DNA of 64,000 bases from Dictyostelium discoideum (Eukaryota). The notes beneath the pieces were generated by a model, which ran no database searches, was not told the DNA's origin, and saw only the letters and a program-made list of their open reading frames with translations. The position numbers and the translations under genes are program-made. Positions 35,184 through 46,358 of this stretch are shown here, one piece after another; position 1 is the stretch's first letter, and each line of letters starts with the position of its first letter. The stretch lies in assembly GCA_000004695.1 (NCBI GenBank), contig CM000151.3, positions 6,912,001 through 6,976,000 of the forward strand, given 5' to 3'.

Positions 35184-36120
35184 TGGATTAACAAGATTGA
35201 TATATGTCCATCTGTGTTAATACGAGTTTTTATTTAATATTTATTTATAGGCTTATCATTTAAGCTGAAGGGTTATTTTAATCATATGAATTGATCAAAA
35301 GATATAATATTTGGGAGAGATGATTCTGGAATACAATAGTAATTAGCTGTTGTTTTTCTTAGCTTGATCGTTGAGGTGAGAAGGATCTTAGGATCTTTGA
35401 AATTATTATGGTCTTTTGCTGATAAGTTTTTCAGATCTTTTGCTTTTTTGATGTATTCTAGAGTGGCCAATTTGTGCCATTTCTTTAGAAGGGAGCTGTA
35501 TGATAGTGATTCATTTGTTAAAGGATCTTCACTGTATATTTGATTGCAAATCCAAATCCAAATGTTGTGGAGGATAAGGGTCATTAGGTTTCTATATGCG
35601 AATGATCTGGTTAGATCATAGTCTATTGCTTTATAGTTCCATTCAAAGTATTCTTTGTGGAATCTGTGGTTGGCGTAATCTGCATTCACTTCTTGATCTT
35701 TTTTGGCTATCGGTGATAATTTTGGAGTTATTCTATTAATGAAATTGTTATTTTGCCTAATTCTTGTATGGTGCCAGTTTTTACCTTTGCCTGTGGTAAT
35801 ATAGATGAAATTTTTGAGTTTATTTATTTTTATGAATTGTTTTGTTTTCTTGCATGAGAAGAACAGGTGACCGTATGGGTCTTTGCTCATATCTTCTTTG
35901 CAGAGTGGGCATTGTTTGTTGTGAAGGTAGTTTATTGGAAGGCATCTGGCATGGAATCTAAACATTATGTCTCTTGTTTTAGGGTCTTTTATCTTCAGTA
36001 TGTTGTTGAAGAGTTGATTATAGCTGTAGCCTCTTAAGTTTAGAGATGATTGGAATTCCGTTTTAGGGATGGTTGGATTTTGGTCTTGAATTGTGGTATA
36101 CCATTCCCGAGGCATCACGG
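35148..36120 (-). mobile_element. 5'-truncated non-LTR retrotransposon of the TRE family (TRE3-like by position). It carries the C-terminal part of ORF2 plus a 3' region ending in (A)30.
   Basis: The ORF at 35282-36118 uses GC-richer codons than the host (CTC, GGC, CAC). It has a Cys-His knuckle CPLCKEDMSKDPYGHLFFSCKKT. It is homologous to the decayed copy at 37790-38600. On the minus strand, A30 (the T30 run at 35148-35178 on the plus strand) lies about 100 nt after the stop. The element begins immediately after the B-box-like element downstream of the tRNA-Leu. Confidence 0.65.
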
Positions 36121-36121
36121 G

Positions 36122-36133
36122 AATCGAACCTAT
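36122..36133 (-). promoter_or_regulatory. External B-box-like element (GGTTCGATTCCC) about 30 bp downstream of the tRNA-Leu 3' end.
   Basis: Minus strand reads ..CCATAGGTTCGATTCCCGTGATGCC. It matches the T-loop/B-box consensus GGTTCGANTCC. Many Dictyostelium tRNA genes carry such an ex-B box. Alternative: the 3' half of a second, truncated tRNA. Confidence 0.4.
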
Positions 36134-36161
36134 GGTTTATATTGACGACTTGTCAAAACAT

Positions 36162-36244
36162 TGCAAGAGGCGAGATTCGAACTCGCGAACCGAATGGATG
36201 AGATCTTAAGTCACACGGATTTAACCAGACTTTCCTACCCTTGC
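36162..36244 (-). tRNA. tRNA-Leu, anticodon UAA, a class II tRNA with a long variable arm.
   Basis: Minus strand: GCAAGGG TA GGAAAGTCTGGTTAAATCC G TGTGA CTTAAGA TCTCA TCCATTCGGTTC GCGAG TTCGAAT CTCGC CTCTTGC A. The acceptor stem is 7 bp with one G-U. The T arm is GCGAG/CTCGC with the TTCGAAT loop. The anticodon loop CTTAAGA puts TAA at positions 34-36. There is one mismatch in the anticodon stem. Confidence 0.7.
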
Positions 36245-36278
36245 TTTGATGAAATTTTATTTTTTTTAGTATCTTGTC

Positions 36279-38650
36279 GCCAAATACAATAAATTGCGTT
36301 ATTCTGAAGAATAAATAAAAAAAAGTGGCCAAATACAATTTCCAATTCAAAAAAAAAAAAAAAAAAAAAAAATGCCAAATACAATAGGAAAAACAAACAA
36401 CAACCTCTTTTTTTGGAACGCAAGTTAATCAGAAAATTTCCAGATTTTTAACTTTTTAAAGTAAAATAAAAAAAATAGAAAGAAAATAAGATGAAAATCA
36501 CAAACAACACCACAAATATTAAGCAACACAAATGCCTACAAAAAATAAGCGAAATTGTCGATAAAACTCAAATAAAAAAAAAACAATTCAAATATGTCAT
36601 CAACATCAACCACGAAGCCTACGATAAAATAAAAAAAGATTTAGAAAAAAGTTTGGACAAAAAAGATGTTTTAATCAAAAGTAATAATACAATTCAAAAT
36701 TTGAAACAAAAAAAAAAAAAAAAAAAAAAAAGTAAACTAACCCTCTTTTAGAGACCCTGTAAAAAAACTACAAATAAAATTAGATCTAGCATCTCAAGGA
36801 GAAGCAACTAATAATTGCGTTATCCAATTCAAAAAAAAAAAAATAAAAATAAAAAAAAAAGCCAAATACAATATAAATAAAAAATCATTAACAAATCTAA
36901 AAAATTGTAATGCTTTTCTTTAAATTTAAGTTATATATTAAATTAAATAATATTTCAAATCTCATTCATTTTAAATAATTACTTCAAGATAAAAAAGATA
37001 AAAAGGAATTTTTAAAATTGGATTTTTCAAGATAATTTTTTATCCCACAAAATTCCAAAAAAAAAAATTTCACGATATAAATTATTCAGTTTTAACAGTT
37101 TTTAATTGAGGGAGGCCGTTCTTATCAATAAACCTTACAGACACCGGTAAAATCTGCATTGCCAACGTTCGGCAAACAAATTCAATCAATATAATAAGTA
37201 ACTTAACACTTGCCTTTTTTAAAAAATTTTTTGGACTCATATTTGAAAAATGACAGAAATCCTTGATTCGATTCTGTACTATCCTTGATTCGATTCTGTA
37301 CTGTGGAAAACATCGAGTTCGACAATAAAGATAAAAGCCACTATTCTAAAAGCCTTTGCACTATCTAAATTAACATACTACTCATATGTAGAATGCTTTA
37401 ACGTTGATGAAATAAAGTAACAAATAAATTGGTATAATTGTTTTTATCAGAACCAAACAATAGAAATTCAAGTAGTTTTAAGTAATAAATCAAATGCCAA
37501 CTAAAAGAGCCCGATATCCAATGAGTGAAGGAAAGTGGGACATATGGAACATTGACCAGAGACAATCCACTCAGAAACTATTGGAGATTAACCAATTCAT
37601 GCACGATTCATTAACAAAATCAATTGTCTCCTCTGACCATTAGAGCTGGGAATATCAATTCACAAAAAACATATTCACATCTAAATATCTTTAAACCAAT
37701 CTTGAAAACAACATAAGAAAGAAAAGAGCCATCTATACTCAGATCCTAACACCGATTAAAAACAATAATAACCAACCATTATCACAAACAGATTGGTACG
37801 ACGAAATTCATAAACAACACGCCAACATTCCAAAGATCGGATTTCAATGGACACTCAATTTGAGAGGTTATCATAGCTATGGTCAAATATTCAAAAACAT
37901 TCTTTTAATAAAAGATCCAAAAACAAAAGACACGTAGTTCAGATTTCACGCAAGATGTTTATCATTAAACTATCTCTATAATAAATATTGTACTCTTTGT
38001 AATGAAAATTTAGGAAATGATCCTTATGGTCATCTCTTCTTTAATTGTAAGAAAACACCAGAATTTCTAGAATCAAGCAAATTGAAAACCTCATATTCAT
38101 TGAATGAGGTCGAGTCACACATTCGACCCACCAAAGGACCAGATACAAAAACAATAATTTTTTAACAGAATTCCACCAAATATGAAGAAGGATCATGAGG
38201 ATAAGATAAACTACTCAAATCTAGATTCCACTAAGAATACTTTGAATGGTGATATGAATGTGTTAATTATGAGCTATTCAAAACCTTTGAAGAAATAAAC
38301 ATAATGGCATTAATAATTCATGACATCCGGGTTTTGGCCTGTAATCAATAGTATAGCGATGAACCCTCTATAGGTGAAAAACTATCATCCACAAACCTTC
38401 TTAATAAAATGTTTCAAACTAACCACTTTGGAATATATTAAAAAAGCAAAAAACTTAAAATCGACTATTTCAAAAGGTCCGAACAATTTTAAAGATCCAA
38501 ACGATTTCCTTAAACAAATAATTAAATTAAGAAAATCAAATTGCAAACACTACTGTATTCCAAATCTAGTCTTATTGGATCAATTAATTTTAAAATACTA
38601 ACTGCTATTTTAAAAACACAACAAACTATCATTTAATTATTTATTTACTG

Positions 38651-38685
<35 letters not shown>

Positions 38686-38690
38686 TAATA
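36279..38690 (+). mobile_element. Decayed TRE-family non-LTR retrotransposon (TRE5-like by position), plus orientation, starting about 35 bp upstream of the tRNA-Leu 5' end.
   Basis: Repeated gccaaatacaat motifs at 36281, 36328, 36374 and 36842 resemble a 5' module. A degraded ORF2 C-terminus at about 37790-38600 (..IPKIGFQWTLNLRGYHSYGQIFKNILLIKDPKTKDT*FRFHARCLSLNYLYNKYCTLCNENLGNDPYGHLFFNCKKT..) is homologous to the element at 35282-36118 but carries stops and frameshifts. It ends with (A)31 at 38650-38681. Confidence 0.55.
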
Positions 38691-39074
38691 ATAATAGTAA
38701 TATCATCTTTTTTAAAAATCAAAATTCTGTATTAGATAATTCAAACTAAAACAATATCTGTATTAGAACATTTAGATTAATTAATAAAATATATATATAA
38801 TATAAAAATTAAATAAATATTAAATACTAAAGTTTTTAATTCAATTTATTTAAAAATATATGTATTTATTACAGATTTTTTTTTTTTTTTATTTTTTTTT
38901 TTTTTGTTTTTCTTGTTATTTTTAATTGATACTTAAATAGTTGGTTGGATGGTTTTTTTTCTTTTTATTTTTTTTTTTTTTTTTTTTTTGTTATCTAATG
39001 ATGTAAGGATAGATATAATATATAAAAAATTCACCATTATTTGCGTGTATGTTGTTGTTGTTGTTGTTTTTTGT

Positions 39075-40445
39075 TTATTTATTCCATTCTAAATATTTTG
39101 GTGAACCAAGTACTCTTGGGCTGATCTTGTGTTTAATAGCTATGTTATTTTTTAAAAAATGAATAAAGTGTTAGTTTTAAAAAAAAAAAAAATTTATTGT
39201 TTTATTTTTTTTATTTTACTTACCAAATACGACACCTTGAACGAAACAAATAATACCAACAATAATGTAAGCATAACCTAAAAATGGATTTTTACCACCA
39301 ATCCATGAAGTTGTTGATAAAACTACATATTTTTTACCATCAAATGAAGCAACTGGGTATTCTATATTTTATAAAAGTATTGAAATATAGGTTAACTTGG
39401 GACTATTTCTTTATTTAAAAATAAAATAATAAATAATAATAATAATAATAATAAATTAAAACTTACTATTATCAATTCTAATTTGAATGGTACCACTCAA
39501 TGGACCATTTTGACCATGATAAATTCTGTAAAGTTTTTTAAAATCTGGTAAAGCAGCAGTTCTCATCCAAACAATGAAATCTTCATCTTCAAAATTTGAA
39601 AAATTAATTACACCTACACCATTCTCTGGGTAATTTTTAAACTTCTTATCAATATCTGATTGCCATGCAATACCTTTTTTGGTTAAATTTATTAAATTAC
39701 CTGAAGCATCTGCTAATGAAATTGAATCTATTTTAATCAAAATAATAAAAAAAAGTTTAAATTTTAATAATAAATTCCATTTCTCTTTGAAACTACATGT
39801 ATATATATAAAGATTGTTTTTATAATTTTTTAAAATCATACCATTAAAAACACTATTTGCAATTAAACCACATGGAACTAAAATCTTATTAACATCTTCA
39901 GAACCATCAGTTGTAATTAATGGTTCACAATCCTTTAATTTACTGAAATCTGTTACTTCAATACCTCTAAGTTGATCATCATTTCTTGATTTTACATATC
40001 TACGATGGTTTTGATAAAAGTTATCCAATTTATAATACAAATAAACTGGTGATTCCATTTCAGTTGGGAGTGTATAATTAATTGTACATTTTTGTCCTAA
40101 TTGACAATTTGGATTATCGTCATATCTAATTACATGTTCTAACACCTTATTTGATGAATTGATAATTGCTGCTCCAATTGGTATAAAAACAATACCAATA
40201 ACAATAAATGCAATAATTACTGGTCCTGGTGTTAAAATTGGTTCCCATGCTTTTAATCTTTGTTGTTTAAATGCGGTATCTTTTTTTTATTATTTTATTA
40301 TTATTAGTAATATAGAAAAAAAAAAAAAAAAAAAAAACATATTAATAATTTTTATTTTTATTTTTTTTTTATTTATTTTTTTTTTTTCTCGTTATTGTCA
40401 ATACTTACTAGCCGGTCTTTTAGATGAATCTTTGTCAATGGCCAT
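39075..40445 (-). CDS. CDC50/LEM3 (TMEM30) family protein, the P4-ATPase flippase beta-subunit. 4 exons.
   Basis: Exons are 40409-40445 ([12 protein letters not shown]), 39467-40279, 39224-39361 and 39075-39139. Donors are GTAAGT in all three cases. Acceptors are AAAAAG, TATAG and ACATAG. The junctions recreate the family motifs [37 protein letters not shown] and [21 protein letters not shown]. The C-terminus is [21 protein letters not shown]. Confidence 0.85.
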
Positions 40446-42074
40446 TTTTTAAAGAATATTACTCTTTCTTATATTATATAACTATATTTAAATCAATGTT
40501 TGTTTAATTAATAGTTAATGAATTATAAAAATAAATAATAAATAATAAATAATAAATTATATGTTTGTGTTAATGTTGGTTTTTTTTTTTTTTTAATGTG
40601 TGAATTTTTTTTTTTTTTATTTTTTTTTTTTTTTTTCAAAAAAATAAAAATTTAAAAATTAATTCCACAAGTTTGTGTGGGGTGGTGTGCTTGTGTGTTA
40701 TTATAAAAACAATTGTTTTGATATAGTTATTTATAAAAATAATTCAATTGTGATGATAATAAAATAAAATTAAAAAAAGAGATGTTTTGTAAAATTTTTT
40801 TTTTTTTGTGATTTTTTTTTTTTTTTATTTTTAATTTTAATTTTAATTATTATTATTATTATTTATTTTATTATTTATTTTATTTTTTTGTTATTATTTT
40901 AGGGTGTCTCTTTTGAACTGGAAAAGAGATTTAAAATCAGTTATATAATATATTACCTATTTAAGATTTTAATTATACAATATTGATGTATTTTACAGAT
41001 TTTTTTTTTTTTTTATTTTATTTAATACTTTTTTTTTAGTTTTTATTTTTTTACTATTTTTTTATTTTTTATTTTTATTTTTTTTTTTTTGGTTATTTAT
41101 AATATTATAAAGATAGTATAAGAAGGTTGGATAAGAAAATTGAATAAAAAAAATGAAAAATAAAAAATAAAAAAAAATAAAAAAAATAAAAAAAAATAAA
41201 AAATCGAACCTTAATTAAAAAAAATAAAAAATAAAATAAAATAAAATAAAATAAAAAATAAATTAATTTTTTTTCTTTTTTATTTTTTTGTTTTTTTTTT
41301 TATTTTATTTTTTTTTTATTTTTTTTTTATTTTTTTTTCTATTTTAATATTATTGTTTTAAAAAAATAAAAAAAAAATAAAAAAATAAAATGAAAAACAT
41401 TTCCTAATTAAAAAAAAGATTTAATTTATTTTTGATAATTAATCGTCCCTCTTTTTTAATCATAAAAATCAACCAAACAAGAATTTAGAGTTTTGGTCAA
41501 ACTTTAAGATTTTAAAAATTTTACATTTTCCATTTATGATCAATAAAAAAATAAATATCAAGATGATTAAATATTTGGCTAAAAGATAATGATCAATAAT
41601 AATTAATAATAATAATAATAATAGTAAATAGATAATATATAGATAAATATAAACAAATATATAAATAAATTTAAATAAATAAGTAGTTATTAAGCAAAAT
41701 ATATAATTCAATAATGGAAAATTGCCTCGTGCAAAATTAACTTATTTTAATGTGTTTTTATTTATTTATTTTTTTTTTTTTTTTTTTTTTTTTTTATTGG
41801 TGACTTTTGGCTATGGTATTTTCAAAATACTTTTCTGAAAAAAACAAAAAAAAAAAAAAAAAGAAATTAAAAAAAAAAGAAAAGTTTTTGGAAAACGTTA
41901 GTGATTAAACTCGAGAAAAATATCTATTTTTTATTTTATTTTATATTTTTTTAAAAAAAAAGTAAAAAAAAAGTAAAAAAAAAGTAAAAAAACAGTAAAG
42001 AAATTTTTTATTTTTACTTTTAAAAAAAAAAATATCATATTTTATTTTATATATATATATAAAAATAGAAAAAA

Positions 42075-42693
42075 ATGAATAAATTAATTTTATCTATTCT
42101 TTCTGTTTTATTAATTGTTTCAATTGCTTCAGCTGGAAATGGTATTGATATTTCATCAGGAACCAATCCATCATCAAGTGATCTTGCATGTTTAGCTAAA
42201 CAAAACTCAAAAATTATTGTCCAAACTTGGTCAGGTGGTTATGGTTTTAATTCAAACGTACCATCAATTGTTCAAGCAGCCAAATCAGCTGGATTAAGTG
42301 TTGATTTATATGCATTTTTATGTTCACAATGTAGTGGTATTACAGACCCAGCAGAAGCAATTAAAACATTGGTTTCAAAATTAAATGGAGTCAAATATGG
42401 TACTTTATGGATTGACGTTGAACAATGTAATGGTTGTTGGAGTAGTACATTATCAAGCAATGCTCAATATGTTCAAACAGCAGTACAAACCGCCTCACAA
42501 TTGGGTGTAAATGTTGGTGTATATTCAAGCGAAGGTGAATGGCCACAAACAGTTGGTTCATTAACCTCTTTATCATCATTCCCATTATGGTATGCTCATT
42601 ATGATAATAATCCAAGTTTTAGTGATCAAGGTTATAATTTTGGTGGTTGGTCTAAAGCTGTCATGAAACAATATCAAGGTAATTAAATTTTAA

Positions 42694-42730
<37 letters not shown>

Positions 42731-43794
42731 GTATTTATATTTTAATATTAATATTTAATTTTAAAATTTCAATATTATAGGTACAACTACCCAATGTGGT
42801 GTTAGTGTTGATTTGGTATGTTTAATTTATTTTTTATTTTTTATTTTTTATTTTTTGTTATCATTTAATTAATTTGTGATATTATTATTATTTTTTATTT
42901 TTAGAATTGGTTCCCAGGTAGTGGTTCATCAACAACTTCATCATCAGCAACCTCATCATCAACAACTGGAAGACCATTAACAAGTTCATCAGGTGCAGGT
43001 ACTGGTGGTCATTCAAGTTCATCAGGTGCAGGAACTGGTGGTCACTCATCAACAACTGGTGGTCAAACCTCTGGTCAAACCTCTGGTCAAACCTCTGGTT
43101 CAAGTAATCAACCACTTTCATCTGGTAGTTCCCAAGATTCTTCAAATAGTGGATCAAGTAACCAACCACTTTCATCTGGTAGTTCACAAGATTCTTCAAA
43201 TAGTGGATCAAGTAATCAACCACTTTCATCTGGTAGTTCACAAACATCTGGTCAAACATCAGGTTCAAGTAATCAACCACTTTCATCTGGTAGTTCACAA
43301 GGTATTTTTCACTATTAATTTTATTTCTTATATTTTATTTTTTTTAATTTCTCTAATAACTAACAACTATTTTATTTATTTTAATAGATTCTGGAAGTAA
43401 TAGTGGAAGTCAAGGAACAACTGGTTCACAAAGTGGTTCAAGTAGTAGTAATCCATTAACCTCTGGATCACAAAGTGGTTCAAGTGGTAGCCAATCAACA
43501 TCTTCTGGATCACAAAGTGGTTCAAGTGGTGCAACTGGAACATCTTCAACTGCTTCATCAACAAGCGCAACTGGATCATCTTCAACTGGTTCTTCAACTG
43601 GTTCATCAAGTGGTTCAAACGATAGTGGTTCAAATGACAGTGGCTCATCAAGCGGTTCAAACAACAGTGGTTCATCAAGCGGTTCAAACAACAGTGGTTC
43701 ATCAAGCGGTTCAGCCTCAAGTTCAGGTTCATCAGGTTCATCAGGAAGTGGCAATTACACTTCTGGTTCAGGAAATGGCGCTTTTTTATTCTAA
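42075..43794 (+). CDS. Secreted glycoside-hydrolase family 25 (Chalaropsis-type) lysozyme with a roughly 290-aa Ser/Gly/Thr-rich repetitive C-terminal tail. 4 exons.
   Basis: Exon 1 is 42075-42678 (MNKLILSILSVLLIVSIASAGNGIDISSGTNP...KQYQ-G) with donor GTAATT. Exon 2 is 42781-42815 (GTTQCGVSVDL) with donor GTATGT. Exon 3 is 42905-43301 (NWFPGSGSSTTSSS... with units SGSSNQPLSSGSSQDSSN x3 and TSGQ repeats). Exon 4 is 43388-43794 (...SGSNNSGSSSGS...GNGAFLF*). Confidence 0.8.
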
Positions 43795-44283
43795 ATTAAA
43801 AATAAAACATATAATATATATTAAAAACTTTTGTAAAGATAAAAAAAAAAAAAAAATTAAAAAAAAAAAAAAACATTTTAAATTACCAATATCTATTAAT
43901 TTATTTAATTTTAAAACTGGATATTTTTTTTTTAAAAAAAAAAAAAAATAATAATAATTGCATATATATTTTTAAAATTAAACTCATTTTTATTTATTCA
44001 TTAATAAAACTATTAATTATTGTTCATTTCCTTGGATGGAATAACACTGATTAATCAGTATTAAAAAAAAAAAAAATAAAAAAAAAAATAATTAAAAAAT
44101 TCTCTTTTTTTTATTTTAATTCAAAAATTAATTTAGAAATAGATATTAAAACTTAAAAAAAATAAAACTAAAATACATTTTTTTTTGATTACCAAAACTA
44201 CTTTTTTGCTACTACAACTAACTCTTTTTTTTTTTGTTTTTTGTTTTTTTATTTTATAAAAAATTAATATTTATTTTATCAAT

Positions 44284-45085
44284 TTAGTTCATTCTGTGGA
44301 TGAGGTTGTTGATTAAGTGTTCACGGTTACCAGCATCACCACCTTGGAGGAATGGAGTTTTCTTCATGTTGAAACCACCTCTTGGACAGTTTAATTTGAA
44401 TGGCCATAAAGAGTTGTTAACTTGTTTGAAGTGTTTACCGCAAGTGGTGATTTCGTGGATGATATCTTCAACGCAAATGATACCGAATTTGCCGAGTTGT
44501 TTTTCAACCATATCGTTAGAGGTTAATGGGATTCTTTGACCGTCAATCTTTAAGTGACCTCTCTTGTAGATTAATTCTTTGATTGATTTGAGATTTGGGA
44601 AACCATAAGCAACGTATGGTTCAACAAGTTTGAGCATGTTGATTGAAGCTTTGTTTAATTTGACAAAGACACCATTGTTTAATTGTAAGAGTCTGAGGAG
44701 CTTTAAGACCTTTCTTGGCTTTGGTGAGACACCGTTGATACCTCTAATACGGATGACAAAGGCAACTTTGGCAGCTGGTGGGACGTAGAAAGTACCAGAG
44801 TTTTTGGCGATTCTGTTTAAACGGATGGCTTCACGTTCGGTTTTGTGGTATTCAGAAACGTATTTCTCAGCACGTTTGAAATAGACAGAGTTTAATCTGC
44901 TGTTTCTCTAATAAAAATAAAAAAAATTCCAAATTAATAATTTATTCCCTAAATGTTTTAATTTCTAAATCCAATAACCTACCAATTGTTGAGCTCTTCC
45001 TAATTTAGCAACATCAACAGCTTTCTTTTGGGAGGTGGCTCTCTTTTTGAGAATGGATTCTGGGACTGGAGCAGTCTTGGTAGCT
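44284..45085 (-). CDS. rpl7: 60S ribosomal protein L7 (uL30). The last two coding exons are annotated. The short first exon is not resolved.
   Basis: Exon 44983-45085 ((x)[34 protein letters not shown]) has donor GTAGGT. The intron is 44908-44982. Exon 44284-44907 ([207 protein letters not shown]). Codon usage is GC-richer, as in highly expressed genes. The upstream acceptor is TATATAG and needs a phase-2 first exon (ATG plus 2 nt) that I could not place. Confidence 0.85.
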
Positions 45086-46190
45086 CTATATATTGTTAGT
45101 AGTAAATTTTAAATAATTAAAAAAAAAAAACGAAGTGTGATAAAAAATCTTTGACCATAGATTCCTTTCGTTTTTTCATTAAAATTGAAAAAAAGTTTCC
45201 ATTTAAAATGGAAAAAACTATTCGAAATCTATGTTTGATTTATTCACCTATTAATTAAGCTTTAAATATATATTATGATATCAATTGATATGATACATGA
45301 TATATATGGTTTAATCCAATTCTGTTCGAAGGATTTGCTAATCATCTCTATGTATATTTTCTCTCTCTATTATGTACTCTATATTGATTATTCCTAAAGA
45401 TTGATGTTTAGTGATAAAGATTGATAGTGATTATTAATGGATATATGATTTATATGGGTGATTGAAATTATTATGAGAGAGATAATATAACATGTACACT
45501 TTTTGTGACATGGTGGTAGTTAGGCTGATAAAAACAAAAAACGTGAAAAAATTTCAAAAAAAAAAATTTCACTGTAGAAGGACTCGCTAAAAAAAAAAAA
45601 AATCAAAAAATTTTAAAAAAAAATTTTTTTTCGAAAAAAACGTTTTTCGCATCAAATTCCAGTTTATTATTTGATATCATTTAAACTTTTTTTTTTTTTT
45701 TTATTTTGGTTTCTAAAAAAAAAAAAAAGAAAAAAAAAAAATATTATAAAAATAGAATAACCAACTTTTTTATATCTATACTATTATAATAGTATTAAAA
45801 AAAAAAAAAACCTTTTTATTTATTACAATTATTATTTTATTTTATTTTTTGGTTTAAAAATTTTTGGTTTTTTGGTTTTTTTTTTTTTTTTTTTCTGCTT
45901 GCATTTCATTTAATTTTTTTTTTTTAAAGAATAATAATTAATATTTGAACACAAAATTAAAACAAAAGAATTAAAATAAAATAACATTTCTTAAAAAAAA
46001 ATAAATGAAATACAAACGGAAAAAAAAAAAAAAAAAAAAAAAAGGAACCATTTTTTTGTTAGAAAAATTATAATTGATTTGCTTTAATTTTCCGTTGATT
46101 TAATGTTAAAAAATATTTTTAAATAAGTGATAACATAAAAGACCCAAATCTCATTTATTTAGTCAATAAATGAGATTTGAATCCCAATTT

Positions 46191-46223
<33 letters not shown>

Positions 46224-46358
46224 CATTTTTTTCTCTTTTTTATTTTTTATTTTTTTTTTAATTTCAATAATTTCACATTTTTTTTTTACTTTTTTTTATT
46301 TTCTTTTTTTTATTTTTTTTCTCATTTATAAAATCAACGAAAAATTAAATAAAAAAAA

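Noticed and set aside
36491-36751. 86-aa ORF MKITNNTTNIKQHK... upstream of the tRNA
   Set aside because: It lies inside the decayed TRE5-like element, which has gccaaatacaat repeats on both sides. It is most likely a remnant of the element's ORF1 or 5' module rather than a host gene. Not called separately.
38374-38601. 75-aa ORF with similarity to the TRE ORF2 C-terminus
   Set aside because: It is part of the degenerate plus-strand TRE copy. The surrounding frame has stops and frameshifts. Annotated within the mobile element, not as a CDS.
42888-43951. Several overlapping ORFs on both strands at 42888-43951
   Set aside because: All are alternative frames of the nucleotide-repetitive Ser/Gly tail of the lysozyme gene. 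Only the frame that splices in phase from the GH25 exon is retained.
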